In this document: one piece after another, positions 44,363 through 59,118 of the stretch
How positions within the stretch are numbered: the stretch's first letter is position 1
How the letters are laid out: every line of letters begins with the position of its first letter
Assembly (NCBI GenBank): GCA_964016885.1
Contig: OZ024752.1
Coordinates: forward strand, 3,906,001 to 3,970,000
DNA length: 64,000 nt
Direction: 5' to 3'
Source: Eledone cirrhosa
Lineage: Eukaryota
Translations under genes and position numbers: made by a program
Notes under the pieces: model-generated
Databases searched by the model: none
The model's input: the letters and a program-made list of their open reading frames with translations, nothing else
What the model was told of the DNA's origin: nothing

Positions 44363-46022
44363 TTTACAAGGGATCGTTCTAACAACAAAGCATGGATCTG
44401 TTTTACAACATCAAATTTCTTAAATGCTTATCCAGTCATGTCATTCCTGCCAGTTTTTTCCGTAGTATCGGAGATCCTACAAAAACTATGGTAACATCTC
44501 CTTTCTCCAGTCTAGTGCAGTTATAATGTCTCCTTGATTAAAGTACATAGAGTCCCGACGGCTTCCAAGCTAAATGACACATAAATAGAAATTTTAACGT
44601 AAATTGTAATATTTCGTTGTTAGGTTTACGTCCCCCTCTCCTCTTCAATTTATAAGCACAACATAGTTTTAGGGCAAAGCTAAAAATCTATCATTACAGA
44701 ACATAGACAGTAAAATGTCAGTTGTAGATCTCTATTTGCATCTAGATCGATAGCAAACGATAGCTTCCATCTTTATTGATCTCCCTCGGATCAATGAAAA
44801 TAAATACCTGTAATTTTGCCAAAGTTGACAATACTAACACATCACTGACATTCATCTATCTTGTTTCCAGTCAACTGAAGTAAAAATCAATCAATTTAAA
44901 AACTATGCTACGATTCAGCTCTCGAAAATAAACAAAATTAACACGTGTTAATATTATATGGCCCCTCTGAGTTCAAATCCCGCTGAGGTTAGCTTTGCCT
45001 TTCATCCATAAGAGGTCGATAACAAAAGCACCAGTAATACACTGATTCGATTTAATAGACTCACACCACCCACCCCAAATTGCTGGCCTTGTGCCTATAG
45101 TAGAAATAAATATTATAGGGCCATCATCCTGCTAGAAATAGCAACCAAATGGCCTTTATAACACATACACAGGGGAATATGATGTGTGCCCATGGTAACG
45201 TTTGGGATACATATCTTTTTTTAAAGAAAGGGCGGGAATTATCTTAGCTTCATTACTTTTGATCATGGGTTGGTTCGACCAGAGGGTAAGAATGGCAGGG
45301 CTTATGACTTTCTTTACTTGTTCCGGGTCATTGAGAATGATGAGAGGACATACTTAAAGCGGTGTCCTGGATCAAATGCTTGCAAAGGTTTGGATTCCGG
45401 GTGACATCTTAACACTACCATATTGCAAAGAAAAGAAATTTCAAGTTATATAGCTTCTAGCTTTATATGAATCATCTTGCATTCAATAATTTATTGGGAT
45501 TCAATAAAAAAAATAATTACCAATAATATTGAAAATTGGGTGATCAATCGAGCTGACATCAATATTAGCACATAGTACAGCGACCATTGATCATCTGTAC
45601 CTAGACACCTTGGTTTAAACTACACATTGATTTATTACTTGAGGATAAAAACAAAATCAACTTAGAAAACTAGAATAAACAAATCAATAAATATTTACCT
45701 GATTTCCATCACTGAGGGAGGGGGGTACAATAGCAATTTTAAATGATAGATTATCTGGAAACCGTTCTGTATTAGTTATAAATTTGCAAATTTAAAATCA
45801 GTTTCATTCATCTAAACTGCTAAATTATAATCAATGTATAAATAAATAAATAAATAAATAAATAACAACACACTCATAAATTAATGAAGAGAAGATCATT
45901 TCTGAAAATTAGTTCGACCCACCATACCATTCCACTGTATCTATCTGACTGTCTGTCTGTTTATCTAATTATCTTGTCAATCTCTACTTTCTTCACTCTG
46001 TCTGTGTTACTCCCTCTTTATA

Positions 46023-46104
<82 letters not shown>

Positions 46105-46492
46105 AACGTAATCCTGGTATGTTTATATACATTTTTTTTCTAACTTTAATTTTATACCTAATTGTGTATGGTTGACGATATATTTAATCGATTTCCACGT
46201 GCTATTGAAATGCTGGGTAAATATTCTATAGCTGTTGATCGCGAATAGATGGCTGTCGTTTATTTATCTATTATTTCTTCATAGGTGCCTTTTAATCTTA
46301 TAGCCTGGTTTAATTGTTTTTTTTGTGTGGTTGATTATGCTGATTTGGAGAGGAAATGGTGTATATATCTTATCAAAGTATATTGCTCTGATTATTTAAT
46401 TAATTAATTCACCATTGAGCCACATCGTGAATGGTTGCCAAAAACACACATATATATATATATGACTTTGTCTAGTTTGTGTATATGTAAAT

Positions 46493-46558
<66 letters not shown>

Positions 46559-46659
46559 GATCGACAAGGTTCCAGACCTCATTCGCTTAACGAGTGGGAT
46601 GGAGCTCGTCAAATCGGACTGAGGAAACATTTCCATTTGTCTTTCCAATTTCTAATACT

Positions 46660-47530
46660 ATCTATCGGTCACAACTCCAGGCAGAAGAAGCAACGTGAAA
46701 TAAAGGACCAGAAGTCTCCACTGCCAAGGATACAACCGCAAACCTGTCGGAGAGCGACCGGTACTTGAAGAGCTTGGCCTCCTCAGCCCGACGTGCAGCA
46801 GAACGTGGGTTAGTCTCAGACTGAACCAGGTTGCAGCTGCAGAAAGTGTCGGTGCAAGTGGCATCCCAGACGAGGAATTTGCTCCCGCGGAATGGGAACA
46901 TGGTCATGCCATCTGGCCTTTTGCCGTCCCCTCGGTCCAGCCCCACCGGCACGAGCTGGGAAGGGAAGCTTGCAGCATCCAAGCCATGCTTTATGACCTT
47001 ATTGAGGGCAGCATGGTGTGGAAGGCGGGTGGAGGCCGAAAGAGTCCACGTTGGATCCACAACGGCATTGGTGTGGCTCGTAGATCCGGAGCCCGAGCCT
47101 CAAGGAAACGCCGATGCGCAGGCTATTGCTATCTAGCTGCGTGCCAGTGGAGAAGGAGGGCAAGGCATGGAGCCAGGCACCACTGTGGGGTTTGGAGGCC
47201 GCACAAAAACAGACAAAGCGGTGTGGTGAGCTGGCGCGTGAGCCTGTCTGAAGCCAGGCTGCACTGGATGGCATCCCAAATGCTTTGGGGTGACTTCATG
47301 ACAGCAGGGGGAGAAGGAGGAGGGACATCTACTGGGCTAAGTCCCAGACGGTCCCACGTCTCACACGCGGCCTCACATTCCCTGAACACAGATGGTTCTA
47401 TTGTGTTTTAGAGAACACTACTGACGAGGTTGCGGCATGAGGTTACCGACGAAAGGGACGCCGTCAAAGCCAGTGAGATTGGGGACCGGAGGCCAAGGCT
47501 GCCTTAACTGACAAGTAAAGTGGTCTGTTG
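46660..47530 (-). mobile_element. CRE-clade non-LTR retrotransposon fragment (zinc knuckle plus restriction-like endonuclease)
   Basis: [82 protein letters not shown], with frameshifts. Confidence 0.85.
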
Positions 47531-47709
47531 ATGTAACTATTAATCATCTGACTAATCTATCCATTTACACTTATGTCTGTCTGTCGGATTGTATCAATGT
47601 ATGTATTAATTAGCAGTAAATGGTTGCATATAAAGCTCGATAATACATGTATGTATGATTTATATATGTTTGTAAGTTTGTATGTTTGTCTGTATGTATG
47701 TACGTATAT

Positions 47710-48050
47710 CAGAAAGGGCATTGCTGTTACATTTCAAGACAGCGAAGGTCCTCCTTTGACGCTGACATGCAGCGTCTTGCGAGACTCTGCCTCAGCAAAT
47801 TTGGACTCGAAAGTCATCTTCGCAGTCATAAAGTGAGACCAGTGGTTGACTACCAGGCTGCTGTTGAAGATTCTACTCATCATGTCTGCCAAGCATGTGG
47901 AAAAGAGTGTAGATCAGCAGGAGGGCTCAAATGACATGCAAAAATACATCCACAGCCGGCTACTGCCAGTGAATGTTTTGTTTGCCACTCTGTGCAAGAT
48001 AATTTAGATCATTGGCTGGGCTAAAAAGCGACATTCGATCGCAGCACAGT
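47710..48050 (+). mobile_element. 3' end of an RTE/BovB-like LINE encoding C2H2 zinc-finger-like motifs
   Basis: LCLSKFGLESHLRSH, CQACGKECRSAGGLK*HAKIH and a third ..RSLAGLKSDIRSQH. Homologous to 54655-54945. Confidence 0.75.
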
Positions 48051-48789
48051 AATTATTAATATATATATGTGTGTTCTTTTTTTTTCTTTTGTGCCATGGC
48101 CATACACAATTATGTGGGGACAGCCATCATGTACGTATATGTGTGTGTATATATATATATATGCATGTGTTTGTATGTAAGTATGTGTATGTATGCATTT
48201 ATGTATGCAAGCATGATTTATATATGTTTGCAAGTATATATGTATGAATGTACGTATGTATGTACGTATGTGTGCATGTATGTATGTGTGCGTGTATATA
48301 TGTGTATGTGTACATGTATTTATGTATGATGTATATTTGTATGCATGTATGTATTATGTATGTGTCTATGTATCTATGTATAAATGTATGTATGCATGTA
48401 TATAGTATTGTATATACGTATGTATGAGTGTGGATGTTAGTACGTTAGCCTAGCGTTATATTATTCTTGCTTTATACATTGAACATGTAACAACCAATGA
48501 ACTGCAAAACGAGAAAGGTTTAATAAAGTCCTTAACCTGATTTCTTGTCGTTTAAGACTAACTTTAATTACAATTCTATTCTATCCAATATAATTTCATA
48601 CCTTAGGCATATACTATTTTTAAATATTTAATGTTCGTTCCTTTTATTTTGCCATTTTTGCTTTTGGTTTTTAATTATTTCTTGAACCAGTAAAATGTTT
48701 GAATTAATTACTATTCCTATTATATTGTTTGCAACTTATTCAAATTAGATGATAATGCTAAGATGAAGTAGGGAAGCCTCAGGTGGGTA

Positions 48790-50056
48790 AAGTAATAGCT
48801 TCTTACAAAGCAAAGACCTCAACATTTGTTGGTGGGTAAGACATAGTCAATTATATAGCCCTTTGTACTTGATTTTATCGACTCCGGAAGAAAGAAAAGC
48901 CAGGTTAACCTCTAGAATAAAAGACCATGAATAAATACAGTAAAGCATTTTGGATGATGCTGTAAAACTGCCAATTCACAACCCTAATAATTCTTCGTAG
49001 CACTAGCAAAAGGACAGCAATTGGTGGTGTGGGGATAGATTGTACCAACCCCAGTACATCCTTCATAACACTAACACTGGGTTCTGATTTAGGCACAAAG
49101 CCAACAGAGGAAGGGAAAGTCGAATAAATCAACCCCAGGGCCTTACTGGTACTTTATTTGATATTTCCTCGACCTTGTAAGGATTAAAGGCAAAGCTAAC
49201 CTCGGTGGGATTTGAGCTCAGAAAGTAAAGGGCCATGACTCTATGCTACTAAGCATGTTGTCCTATGCTTTACTGATACTACCAATCCACCGCCCTCTAA
49301 TGGCAAATAATAATTGTCTCTACTATAGGCACAAGGCCAGCAATTTAAAAGTGAGGGGACATCGATTACATCCACCCCCAGTGCATTAGAGGCACTTTAT
49401 TTTATCGACCCCGTAAGGATGAAAGGCAAAGTTGACCTCGACGGGATTTGAACTCAGAACGTAAAGGGCAGTAATTCTTTGCCGCCAAACATGTTGGCCG
49501 ACGCTCTACTGATTCTGCTTGTCCACCGCTCTCTTCACAACACTAATAAGGGTAATTATTTATATGATAGACGCACGGTCACATATGTTGTGGAGAACAA
49601 TGACTGAATAATTGACAATATTCCAGATACCAGCTGTGAAAAACTGACATTTGAAAGCATCCTTTACACATTCGTAGCTCCTATCTTGTTAACATATGGA
49701 CATTTTGCCCTCGTGAATCCAACCATTCCACAAGACACGAAAGAGAAATGCCTTATCTTAGTGACTGGTGGCGTGAGGCAAAGCCCGGTAGTCAACCAGA
49801 GCATATATACAAGTTCATTAACTCTGCCAGCCCTTTATAAGATACCTTTCCCGGAGTGAAACATAATTTAGGTGGCGAGGAAAGTCGATCAAATTTCCCC
49901 TAGTGCATTACTGGTACTTTATTTTATCGACGCCGTAAAGATGAAAAGCAGGGCTAACCTCGCCGGGATTTGAACTCAGCGCATAAAGGGCCATAACTCT
50001 ATGCCACGAAGCACGGTGTCCGAAGCTCTACCGATTCTGCCAATCCACCGCCCCTA
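48790..50056 (-). mobile_element. Head-to-tail array of dominant SINE copies
   Basis: About four co-oriented copies at 48790-49535, plus one at ~49860-50056. Confidence 0.8.
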
Positions 50057-50319
50057 CAAATAATAATGATACTCCAGTAATTGCCTATTTCTTTATTAAC
50101 TCTGAAAGTATGAAAACACATTTGACCTAGTCGGAAAGTAAAGGGCCGTAACTTGATACCGCAAGATCGTTTTATCCGACATTCACTCCAATAATGGATC
50201 TAATATAATTTATTTCATATTCCTGGAGTTTACCATCATCATCATCATCATGAATGTTGGTGCGGTGAGTGGTAGTGATAGAAGTATGGTGGTTATTATC
50301 GTCATTATTGTTACTGTCA

Positions 50320-50715
50320 TCGTATTGTTGTTGTTGTTGTTGGTGGTGTTGGTGTTGGTGTTGTTGTTGTTTAGTTGTTGTTGTTGTTGTTGTTGTTTAG
50401 TTGTTGTTGTTGTTGTTGTTTTAGTTGTTGTTTAGTTGTTGTTGCTGTTGTTGTTTTAGTTGTTGTTGTTTTAGTTGTTGTTGTTTTAGTTGCTGTTGTT
50501 GTTTTAGTTGTTGTTGTTGTTTTAGTTGCTGTTGTTGTTTTAGTTGTTGTTGTTTAGTTGTTGTTGCTGTTGTTGTTTTAGTTGTTGGTGCTGTTGTTGT
50601 TGTTGCAGTTGTTGTTTTAGTTGCTGTTGCTGTTGTTGTTGCTGCAGTTGTTGTTTTAGTTGCTGTTGTTGTTTTCCTTGTCTTTGTCGTTGCTGCAGTT
50701 TTTGTTGCTGCTGTT
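50320..50715. repeat. (GTT)n minisatellite punctuated by TTTAG
   Basis: Directly visible. Confidence 0.95.
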
Positions 50716-51151
50716 CTTCTTCTTCTCATTCTCCCTATTCTTCTTCTCATCCTCCTTATCCTTCTTCTTCTTCTTCTTGACCTTTTAACCTTTCTTTTCG
50801 TTCTTCTGTTTTGCCTTTCTCTTTACTGTTCCTCCTCCAATCCTTCGGCTATACTCAACACCTCGAATCCTTGTAATTAATTGAAAGAAGCATTTTGATA
50901 ATTTTACAGATTTCATCAAAGAAATGGCAAGTTATATTTCTGCTGGCTGCTGGTTATAATAAACATATTAGAAATTAAAAACCAACTATCTTCCTTCTCC
51001 CCGCCCCCTTTCCTTCAACTTTCTTATATCTCTCTTCCACTCACTGATAATCATTGTCTTTCTTAATCTCTCCCCACATTTTTCCTTGTTCTTCTCTCTG
51101 TTGCGTCACTCTCTATATTTATCTGCCTGCTTCTATTTTTTATAGTTTTTA

Positions 51152-51206
<55 letters not shown>

Positions 51207-51925
51207 TGTGTGTGTGTGTGTGTGTGAAATAGCAAGTAAAATAAAGTGAATTGGCAGAATCGGTAGAGTGTCGGACAACATGCTTAGCAGCATAGTTTTA
51301 CGTTCTAAGATCAAATCCCGCCGAAGTTGCCATTCATGCAAGACTATTCAGAGGGAGTGGGGATGTTGTCCTCAAACTGAAAATACGGAGTGTATAATTA
51401 AATTAGTGTGGACTGTACCAGGATTCCAGGGATCAGATGATGCTGGTAAACCGGGTGAGGAGTTAAGTCTACCACATACGTTAGCTAATTGAGAACACGA
51501 ATAGTCGGGAAAGCCAACGCAGCATATCTAATCACAGTTACTAACGACGCTCTTAGGCAGAGCTCGAAGCATACAATCTGGTCTCTCCTTCACGTAAATT
51601 CCTAAACAAGTGGCCAACCGGTTGAGGGTATTTGAATGAAGCGTAGGGATTTCAATTACTAATGTACTACTGTGTCACCTGTCGCATGTGATGCCATGGG
51701 CGGCTCGGATTGCAATCGAATTCTATCGATCGATTGGTTGTTGATTAGGCGAGATCCGCGGATAAAGCCACATGCACTGATTGTGCATTATTGCATAATA
51801 AATGCAGACAGTAGATGGTGCATTTATTATTATATATATATATATATGAATAAAAATAGACCGAGAAACAGGAAAAGTCCGTCATCAGTAGTCTGCTGAT
51901 TCTCATTGGTATTTCTTACTGCTTT

Positions 51926-53035
<1,110 letters not shown>

Positions 53036-53081
53036 CAATGATATAAAATAAATGGAAACAATATTCATAAAACCATATTTA

Positions 53082-53138
53082 TTCTATTATATATATTTCA
53101 AGGGTACAAAAATGTTGGTACCCTATCATCAGATAAAA
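53082..53138 (-). ncRNA. Minimal type I hammerhead ribozyme (family A, within element 53036-53317)
   Basis: TTTTAT-CTGATGA-T-AGGGTACCAA-CATT-TTTGTACCCT-T-GAAA-TATATA-TA/ATAGAA. Confidence 0.85.
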
Positions 53139-53317
53139 TACGAAGTGTGTTTTATAAATGTTGACATAACCAAGGAGAATATACCTTAACAGTTCAAGTT
53201 ATCCTTGGATAGTTATCATTGTATATTAAACTCCAGAAAACCCGTCGAGTGCTCTGAATCAGTTATATACATTTATATTTGTTGAATTACCAACAAATTG
53301 AATATCCCTTCTGCTTT

Positions 53318-54130
53318 TATACCACTTCTCAGAATGTGGTAAATTATTTACTTTGCATAGGTGCCAGTGGATCACCCAGCCCATCACATCATGTCTCCAG
53401 TCTTTATAGTGAGTCTGGTTTAGGTGTTTACACTCGGACACAATGTGAGCCACGGTCTCCTCTCTCTCTCCACAGATATTACACAGTGGGCTAGCGTCCT
53501 CCTTGTAAATATGGTGTTTCACTCACTTCGTTTTGAGGGCCTGCTCCTGCGCAGCCATTAGCATTTCTTCTGTAGCCTTTTTAAGGTCTCCTCTTTTCAA
53601 CTAGTTCCATGTCTGTGGATCTCTAAATTCAGTTTTCTCAACGAAGGTACTATGAAGGGATTTTTCATGAAGGTTGCTCTTCCTCCTTGTTGTTATTTCC
53701 TCCATGGACATCCCCTGGTCTATTGTCCTCTCCTTCAGGACAATTCTGAGCATTGGCTCCCTACTGTCAGTCACGTATTTGTGTAGGTTGTTTTTCTCCA
53801 CCTGAACACAGTCCTCTATGCTGATAAGACCTCTTCCACCTTCAGATCTCTTTAAGTAGCGTCTATCGATATCACTCCTCTTGTGGAACATGTTGTAGAT
53901 AGTCAATAGCTTCCTAGTCTTCCTATCCATTTCTTTTTGTTCAGAATTCCCAGAATTCTCAGAATTCCCGCACTGTACCTAATAATAGGCACAGCTCGGG
54001 AATTTACTGCACTTATGGCATTCCTACTGTTCAGATGTGATTTTAATACGCTCTTTACTCTCCTTATGTACTCAGATTTTATCAATTCCTTCATTTTTTT
54101 TGTTCTTGATGTCACCTGGCTCCAGAACAC
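53318..54130 (-). mobile_element. R4/Dong-clade non-LTR retrotransposon fragment
   Basis: EYIRRVKSVLKSHLN..AVPIIRYSAGIL, DRKTRKLLT..H..SDIDR.YLKRSEGGRGL, AAQEQALKT, CNICGEREETVAHIVSEC..RHD..IHWHLC..WY. 5' end abuts (TAA)n. Confidence 0.88.
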
Positions 54131-54134
54131 ATAA

Positions 54135-54191
<57 letters not shown>

Positions 54192-54204
54192 TATTATTAT
54201 CACT

Positions 54205-54945
54205 ATGTGTGCAGGTATGCAACTTAACAATATTCGGCAATTGACAATGCATTACCCTAGGAAATGCTTAGGAAAGCAAGTGAAGCTTTCGGAAAGCGAG
54301 AAAGGCGTCTCTGGGGTCGGTGAGACATATGGAAGAAGACCAAAGTAAATGTGTAGAAGGCATGTGGGATCTTGTGCTTAAGCAAAGACTCCGATGGAGT
54401 GGTCACCTTGCCAGGATGAAGGATTCTAGAATACCAAAACAACGATTTTATGGAGAGTTAGTTAAAGGAAAACGACCTCCACATAAACCAAAAAAGAGGT
54501 ATAAGGATTCATATAGCCTCTTTGGAAGACGCTAACATCTCTGCTGATACATGGGAAAACATAGCTGCTGATCGTAATAAATGGAGAAGGACTGTATATG
54601 AGGGAAAAGTTGCACCTGAGTCATCTAGAATCGCATACGAGAAAGTAAAAAGGGATGTGAGGATGGGCATTGCTGTTGCATTTCCAGAGAGCGAAGGTCC
54701 TCCTATGGCGATGACAAGCAGCGTCTGTACGAGACTGCCTCAACAAAGCTGAACTCGAAAGTCATCTTTGCAGTCATAAAGTGAGACCAGTGGTTCATTA
54801 CCAAGCTGCTGTTGGAGATGCTACTCATCATGCCTGTCAAGCATATGGAAGAGAGTGTTCAAACGACATACAAAGGTACATGAACTCCAACCACAGCCGA
54901 TTACTGCCAGTGAATGTTTTGGTTGCCAACTCTGCACAAGACATT
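54205..54945 (+). mobile_element. RTE/BovB-like LINE 3' fragment
   Basis: KQRLRWSGHLARMKDSRIPKQRFYGEL..GKRP..KPKKRYKD..WENIAADRNKWR followed by decayed C2H2-like motifs. Confidence 0.88.
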
Positions 54946-55022
54946 TTAGATTTTAGATATATGTGTGTGTGTGTGTATATATATATATTTTGATTTTTTT
55001 TCTGCAGTGTCCATACTCCATC

Positions 55023-55141
<119 letters not shown>

Positions 55142-55210
55142 TAACAGATTAAAGTTTAAGCAAAGAATCGCTGCTTTCACCCTTAACGGGTTCGTCGCAT
55201 TTATTATTAT

Positions 55211-55242
<32 letters not shown>

Positions 55243-55245
<3 letters not shown>

Positions 55246-55792
55246 CGGGTCATTCTTGAGTGCTACTGGTAACATGTAACTCAGTACAACCTGTCGCGTA
55301 GTCGGGTCGTCGGCGATTAAAACGCAACTCCACCAAGTTTACTTGGTGAGGAACGTGATTTTGGACACCCTGCAGGACAAAAAGAAATCTGACAAAGGGC
55401 AGAAGGACTCATAAGCATGAACGGCCATCCAAAAATGTGTAAATATGTATATACATGTAAGCATATATATACATGTAAGCATGTGTATGTATATATGTGT
55501 ATTTCTATGTATGTATATGCGTGGAGACATAGAAATAATCGGGCTGGATACCCGTTCACGAAGTGAAACTACTGGGAATGAAGGACCCCTAGCCCTTGTC
55601 AGGGCATTCTTCTAGGAGAAGGCAACTCAGGAAACTGGGTTAACTCCGACATTAAACCTGCCGCTCAGTTGTTACCGACGATGTTAATCTTTTCTTCTTT
55701 TCGGGTTATAGCTAGTGTCACTCAGAGAGTGGGATTGGCTCAGTGCACAGTATTTTCTCACTTAAAAAAAATCTTCACGCACAGGCATTGCA
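55243..55792 (+). mobile_element. Structured repeat resembling an RTE-type LINE 5' UTR
   Basis: TCTAGGAGAAGGCAACTC motif. Homologous segments at ~55960-56035 (+) and 56738-56842 (-). Confidence 0.5.
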
Positions 55793-55868
55793 CTATAGAA
55801 TTAATTGATAATTATTAATAATGTTATATCGTGCAATGGCCATACTCGCTAACGAGGGGGCAGCCATC

Positions 55869-55915
<47 letters not shown>

Positions 55916-56261
55916 AATGTATGTATGTATGTATATGTATGTAAATAGTACTTTTCTTTCACCTGGGAGTGAAAGGCCCCCAGTTGTTGTCACAACACCT
56001 TTCTAAGAGAGGGAAACTCTAAACAAAAACCTGCGGTTTCGGAAGCATCCCATGATGTTGACCAGTTCTCCTTCTCGGGTAATGTTTTCGATGCTCAGAG
56101 AGTGGTCGAGTGCAAGGCCTTTCCCCACTTAAAAACCTTCAAAGCACAGGCATTGTTTGTTCAGAATATATTACAGGTTTGTGTGGCTGGCCGTAGCCTA
56201 AAGGTGCACCAAATCTATAATCTGATAAGCTATTGCACTACTCTTAACAGAGTTTGCAGTT

Positions 56262-56298
<37 letters not shown>

Positions 56299-56391
56299 AG
56301 AAATGTAAGCTATCGCCGTATTTTGACTAAAGAAATTATTTGGCCTGATAGTGGGGGTTAAGAACCCTCGGAGAAATGGAAAAGATGAGTA

Positions 56392-56465
56392 TTGACGTAC
56401 ATGGGAGTCGAACCCACATCTTTGGTTATCCGGACCGCTGTGCTACCTTTTACACCAACACATCA
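56392..56465 (-). other. tRNA-derived sequence (pseudo-tRNA or SINE head)
   Basis: TGGTGTAAAAGGTAGCAC A box, T arm GTGGG-TTCGACT-CCCAT, irregular anticodon arm. Confidence 0.55.
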
Positions 56466-56492
56466 CCCACTCGGTGTTTCGAAAAATATTCT

Positions 56493-56638
<146 letters not shown>

Positions 56639-56698
56639 ATATAGTAAGAATATTTTTCGAAACACCGAGTGGGTGATGTGTTGGTGTAATATGTGTTG

Positions 56699-56738
<40 letters not shown>

Positions 56739-57277
56739 AGTTCCTCCACCCTTTACCGGGTTGTATTTCATCCCGCCGGGTGTCGAAATATCACCCTCCT
56801 CACCAAGCAAACTTGGTGGGGTTATCGGTTCAGTCATCAACAAACATTTTATTGGGGAGCAGTAAGTAAAGTCCTATTTTCAACAGACTGCAATGTAAAA
56901 TGGATTATTACCCACAATATATGGCTAAAAAAAAAATCCTGAAAAATATAAATGCTTTAAATTCTGAAGTAATTTCCATATTTACTAGAATTATGTACTT
57001 TTTGAGATGCTTTTAAAACTTTTCTTAAATAGAATCGTACTATTTTCGTGTCATTTTCTAGAAATATTATTACATAACTCAGTATGGCGCCACTGGGTTG
57101 TGGTGGGTGGGCTAGATCCGTCTATTATAAATGATAGATTGTTTTGTGAGTGTTATATTTTGGTAAAGATTTTGATTACAGATTTGTATTGTCGAAATTT
57201 AGTATATTTTTCAAATATATTCATATTTAAAAAAATTCCTGTAGTTATACACCCGTACGTTAGCATAAATATATAAA

Positions 57278-57475
57278 TATATAAATTTACAAATCAAGTA
57301 ACCTATGTATATTTCAGTTTCTTGAACGTAAAAATATTTAGGAAAATATGTGCGAAATATTATATTAATAAACGTTTATTTTTTGCAAAATTATACATGC
57401 ATGAATATTTCCCCAAATATATTTACGTTCAAGAAACTGAAATATACATAGGGTTCTTGATTTGTAAATTTATAT
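57278..57475. repeat. ~70-bp inverted repeat
   Basis: 57278-57349 pairs with 57405-57475 with few mismatches. Confidence 0.9.
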
Positions 57476-57739
57476 GCGCCCAGTACGAGATCGACTGTCG
57501 ATAATGACACACCATGCAGTAGAAGTCTTATGAATCTACTTTGATATCCAAATATGAAACGACTGATAGTAGTATGCAAAACGGGTCTGCATGATTCCTG
57601 AACTTTAATACGCAATTGCAATGTATCTTATACATCTGATCATGAATCCACCTGTAATTATGGAGACTAATACGAAAAGAAAAACAAAACATTGTGATAA
57701 GATAGTTGAAGTCCTACGTATACAAAACTAACGCATCAC

Positions 57740-58640
57740 TCAAAACGCAGAAAACCGTAAATATTCTGATGAATACATATTCATCGGATTTATATGCAAA
57801 GTGAACAGATACCACAATGTGGTTTTCTGTTATGAAACATTTGCCAATGAAATTATAAAGCTAGTCAAACTTCGCCGACAGTTAAATATGAAACATAAAA
57901 AACTCATTATCAAACCTGATGAATATTTTCTATAAAGACGACTAGAATTGCTTTCAAGAAAAATTTCAATAGGAAAAATAGCAACCGGCTGTCATAATAA
58001 AAATGTTGTGTTTGCTTCTTATGAGGTATCTTTTCTAAAAGCAATGAGTGGTAAAAACTACACAAAATAGCAAAGGAGCTAATTCTGCATGCTGCCAAAG
58101 CAATTGCCTCGATAACGCATAGAAACAAAGTAACAAAGAATTATGGATATTATTCCATTATCAAACACCACTGTGAAGTCAAAGATAAAAGACATGACTG
58201 ATAATGTTAAAGATTGGCTTGTGAAAAGATTACTTAAAAACAGTATTATTCTTTACAATTACATGAAAGTGCTCATGTTTCTAACAGAGCTGATTTTCTT
58301 GCATTTAATTAGTGAAGTCATTCCGTTTTGCCAATCATTACAAACACCTACTGTTGAGTCTATTTTAAATAGTTTGAATTATTTCATGATTGTAAATGGA
58401 ATTGGCTGGTTAAAATGTATAGGTGGTTCCTGGGTGTCAAGACAGCACGGAAGACTCGAGATAAATATTCGAACAATAATACCAAACGTCAAATAAACCC
58501 ATTGCTGCATGTATAGAGAATCATTAGCAGCAGGCAAAAGACTGACAAAATTAAAGATGAGGCAGAAAAAATAAGTAATTTTATGAAAGCTTGTTCATTA
58601 GTCGATGTATTTTTTAGTGTTTGGGGGAGGAAAAAGTCAT
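57740..58640 (+). pseudogene. Decayed hAT (Buster/Charlie-type) transposase
   Basis: RKYSDEYIFIGF..FCYETFANE..KLRRQLNMKH, ASYEVS, KELILHAAK, IPLSNTTVKSKIKDM, THCC-like motif; many frameshifts. Confidence 0.8.
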
Positions 58641-58683
58641 TGACTTTTGTCTGTCGGCTGTCATGCAGTAAAGTACTTACTAG

Positions 58684-58848
58684 CAGTACCGGATTTACCA
58701 TTGTGCTTAGGTGTGCTTAAGCACAAGATCCCGTTAGTCAGGGCGGAGGGGCATCTTCCTGCCAACAACATTTTTTACCTCCACCACGGCCTCAGTATGG
58801 AGCCTCATAACTTAACACGGAGCCTCATCTATCCTGAATCCGGCACTG
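58684..58848. mobile_element. 165-bp hAT-type MITE
   Basis: TIRs CAGTACCGGATT / AATCCGGCACTG and 8-bp TSD CTTACTAG / CTTACCAG. Confidence 0.85.
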
Positions 58849-58904
58849 CTTACCAGCATATATGAGTTGTGAGAATGAATACGATTATTTCTTCTGACTA
58901 GGAC

Positions 58905-59118
58905 GGTGGATTGGCAGTATCAGTAGAGCATCGGACATGTTTTGTAGCATAGAGATACGGCCCAGTTCAAATACGGTCTGAGTTCAAATCCCACCGAGGT
59001 TAGCGTTTTGCCTTTCATTCTTACGGGGTCGATAAAATAAGTACCAGTAACACACTGCGGTCAATTTAATCGACTTTCCCTCACACTAAAATTGTTGTCC
59101 TTGTGTCTAAATCAGAAA
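58905..59118 (+). mobile_element. Dominant SINE copy
   Basis: Full consensus. More decayed copies at ~61975-62315 and ~62680-62790. Confidence 0.85.

Noticed and set aside
47417-47470. HHR-like CTGACGA...GAAA...GTC on the plus strand
   Set aside because: Antisense to CRE coding sequence and no stem I, so probably chance.
51860-51900. CTGATGA on the minus strand followed by a small hairpin
   Set aside because: No GAAA box follows.
56392-56465. Functional tRNA gene
   Set aside because: Anticodon arm is irregular and the acceptor stem has several G-T pairs. Similar decayed heads at ~19915-19986 and ~26210-26280 look like SINE remnants.
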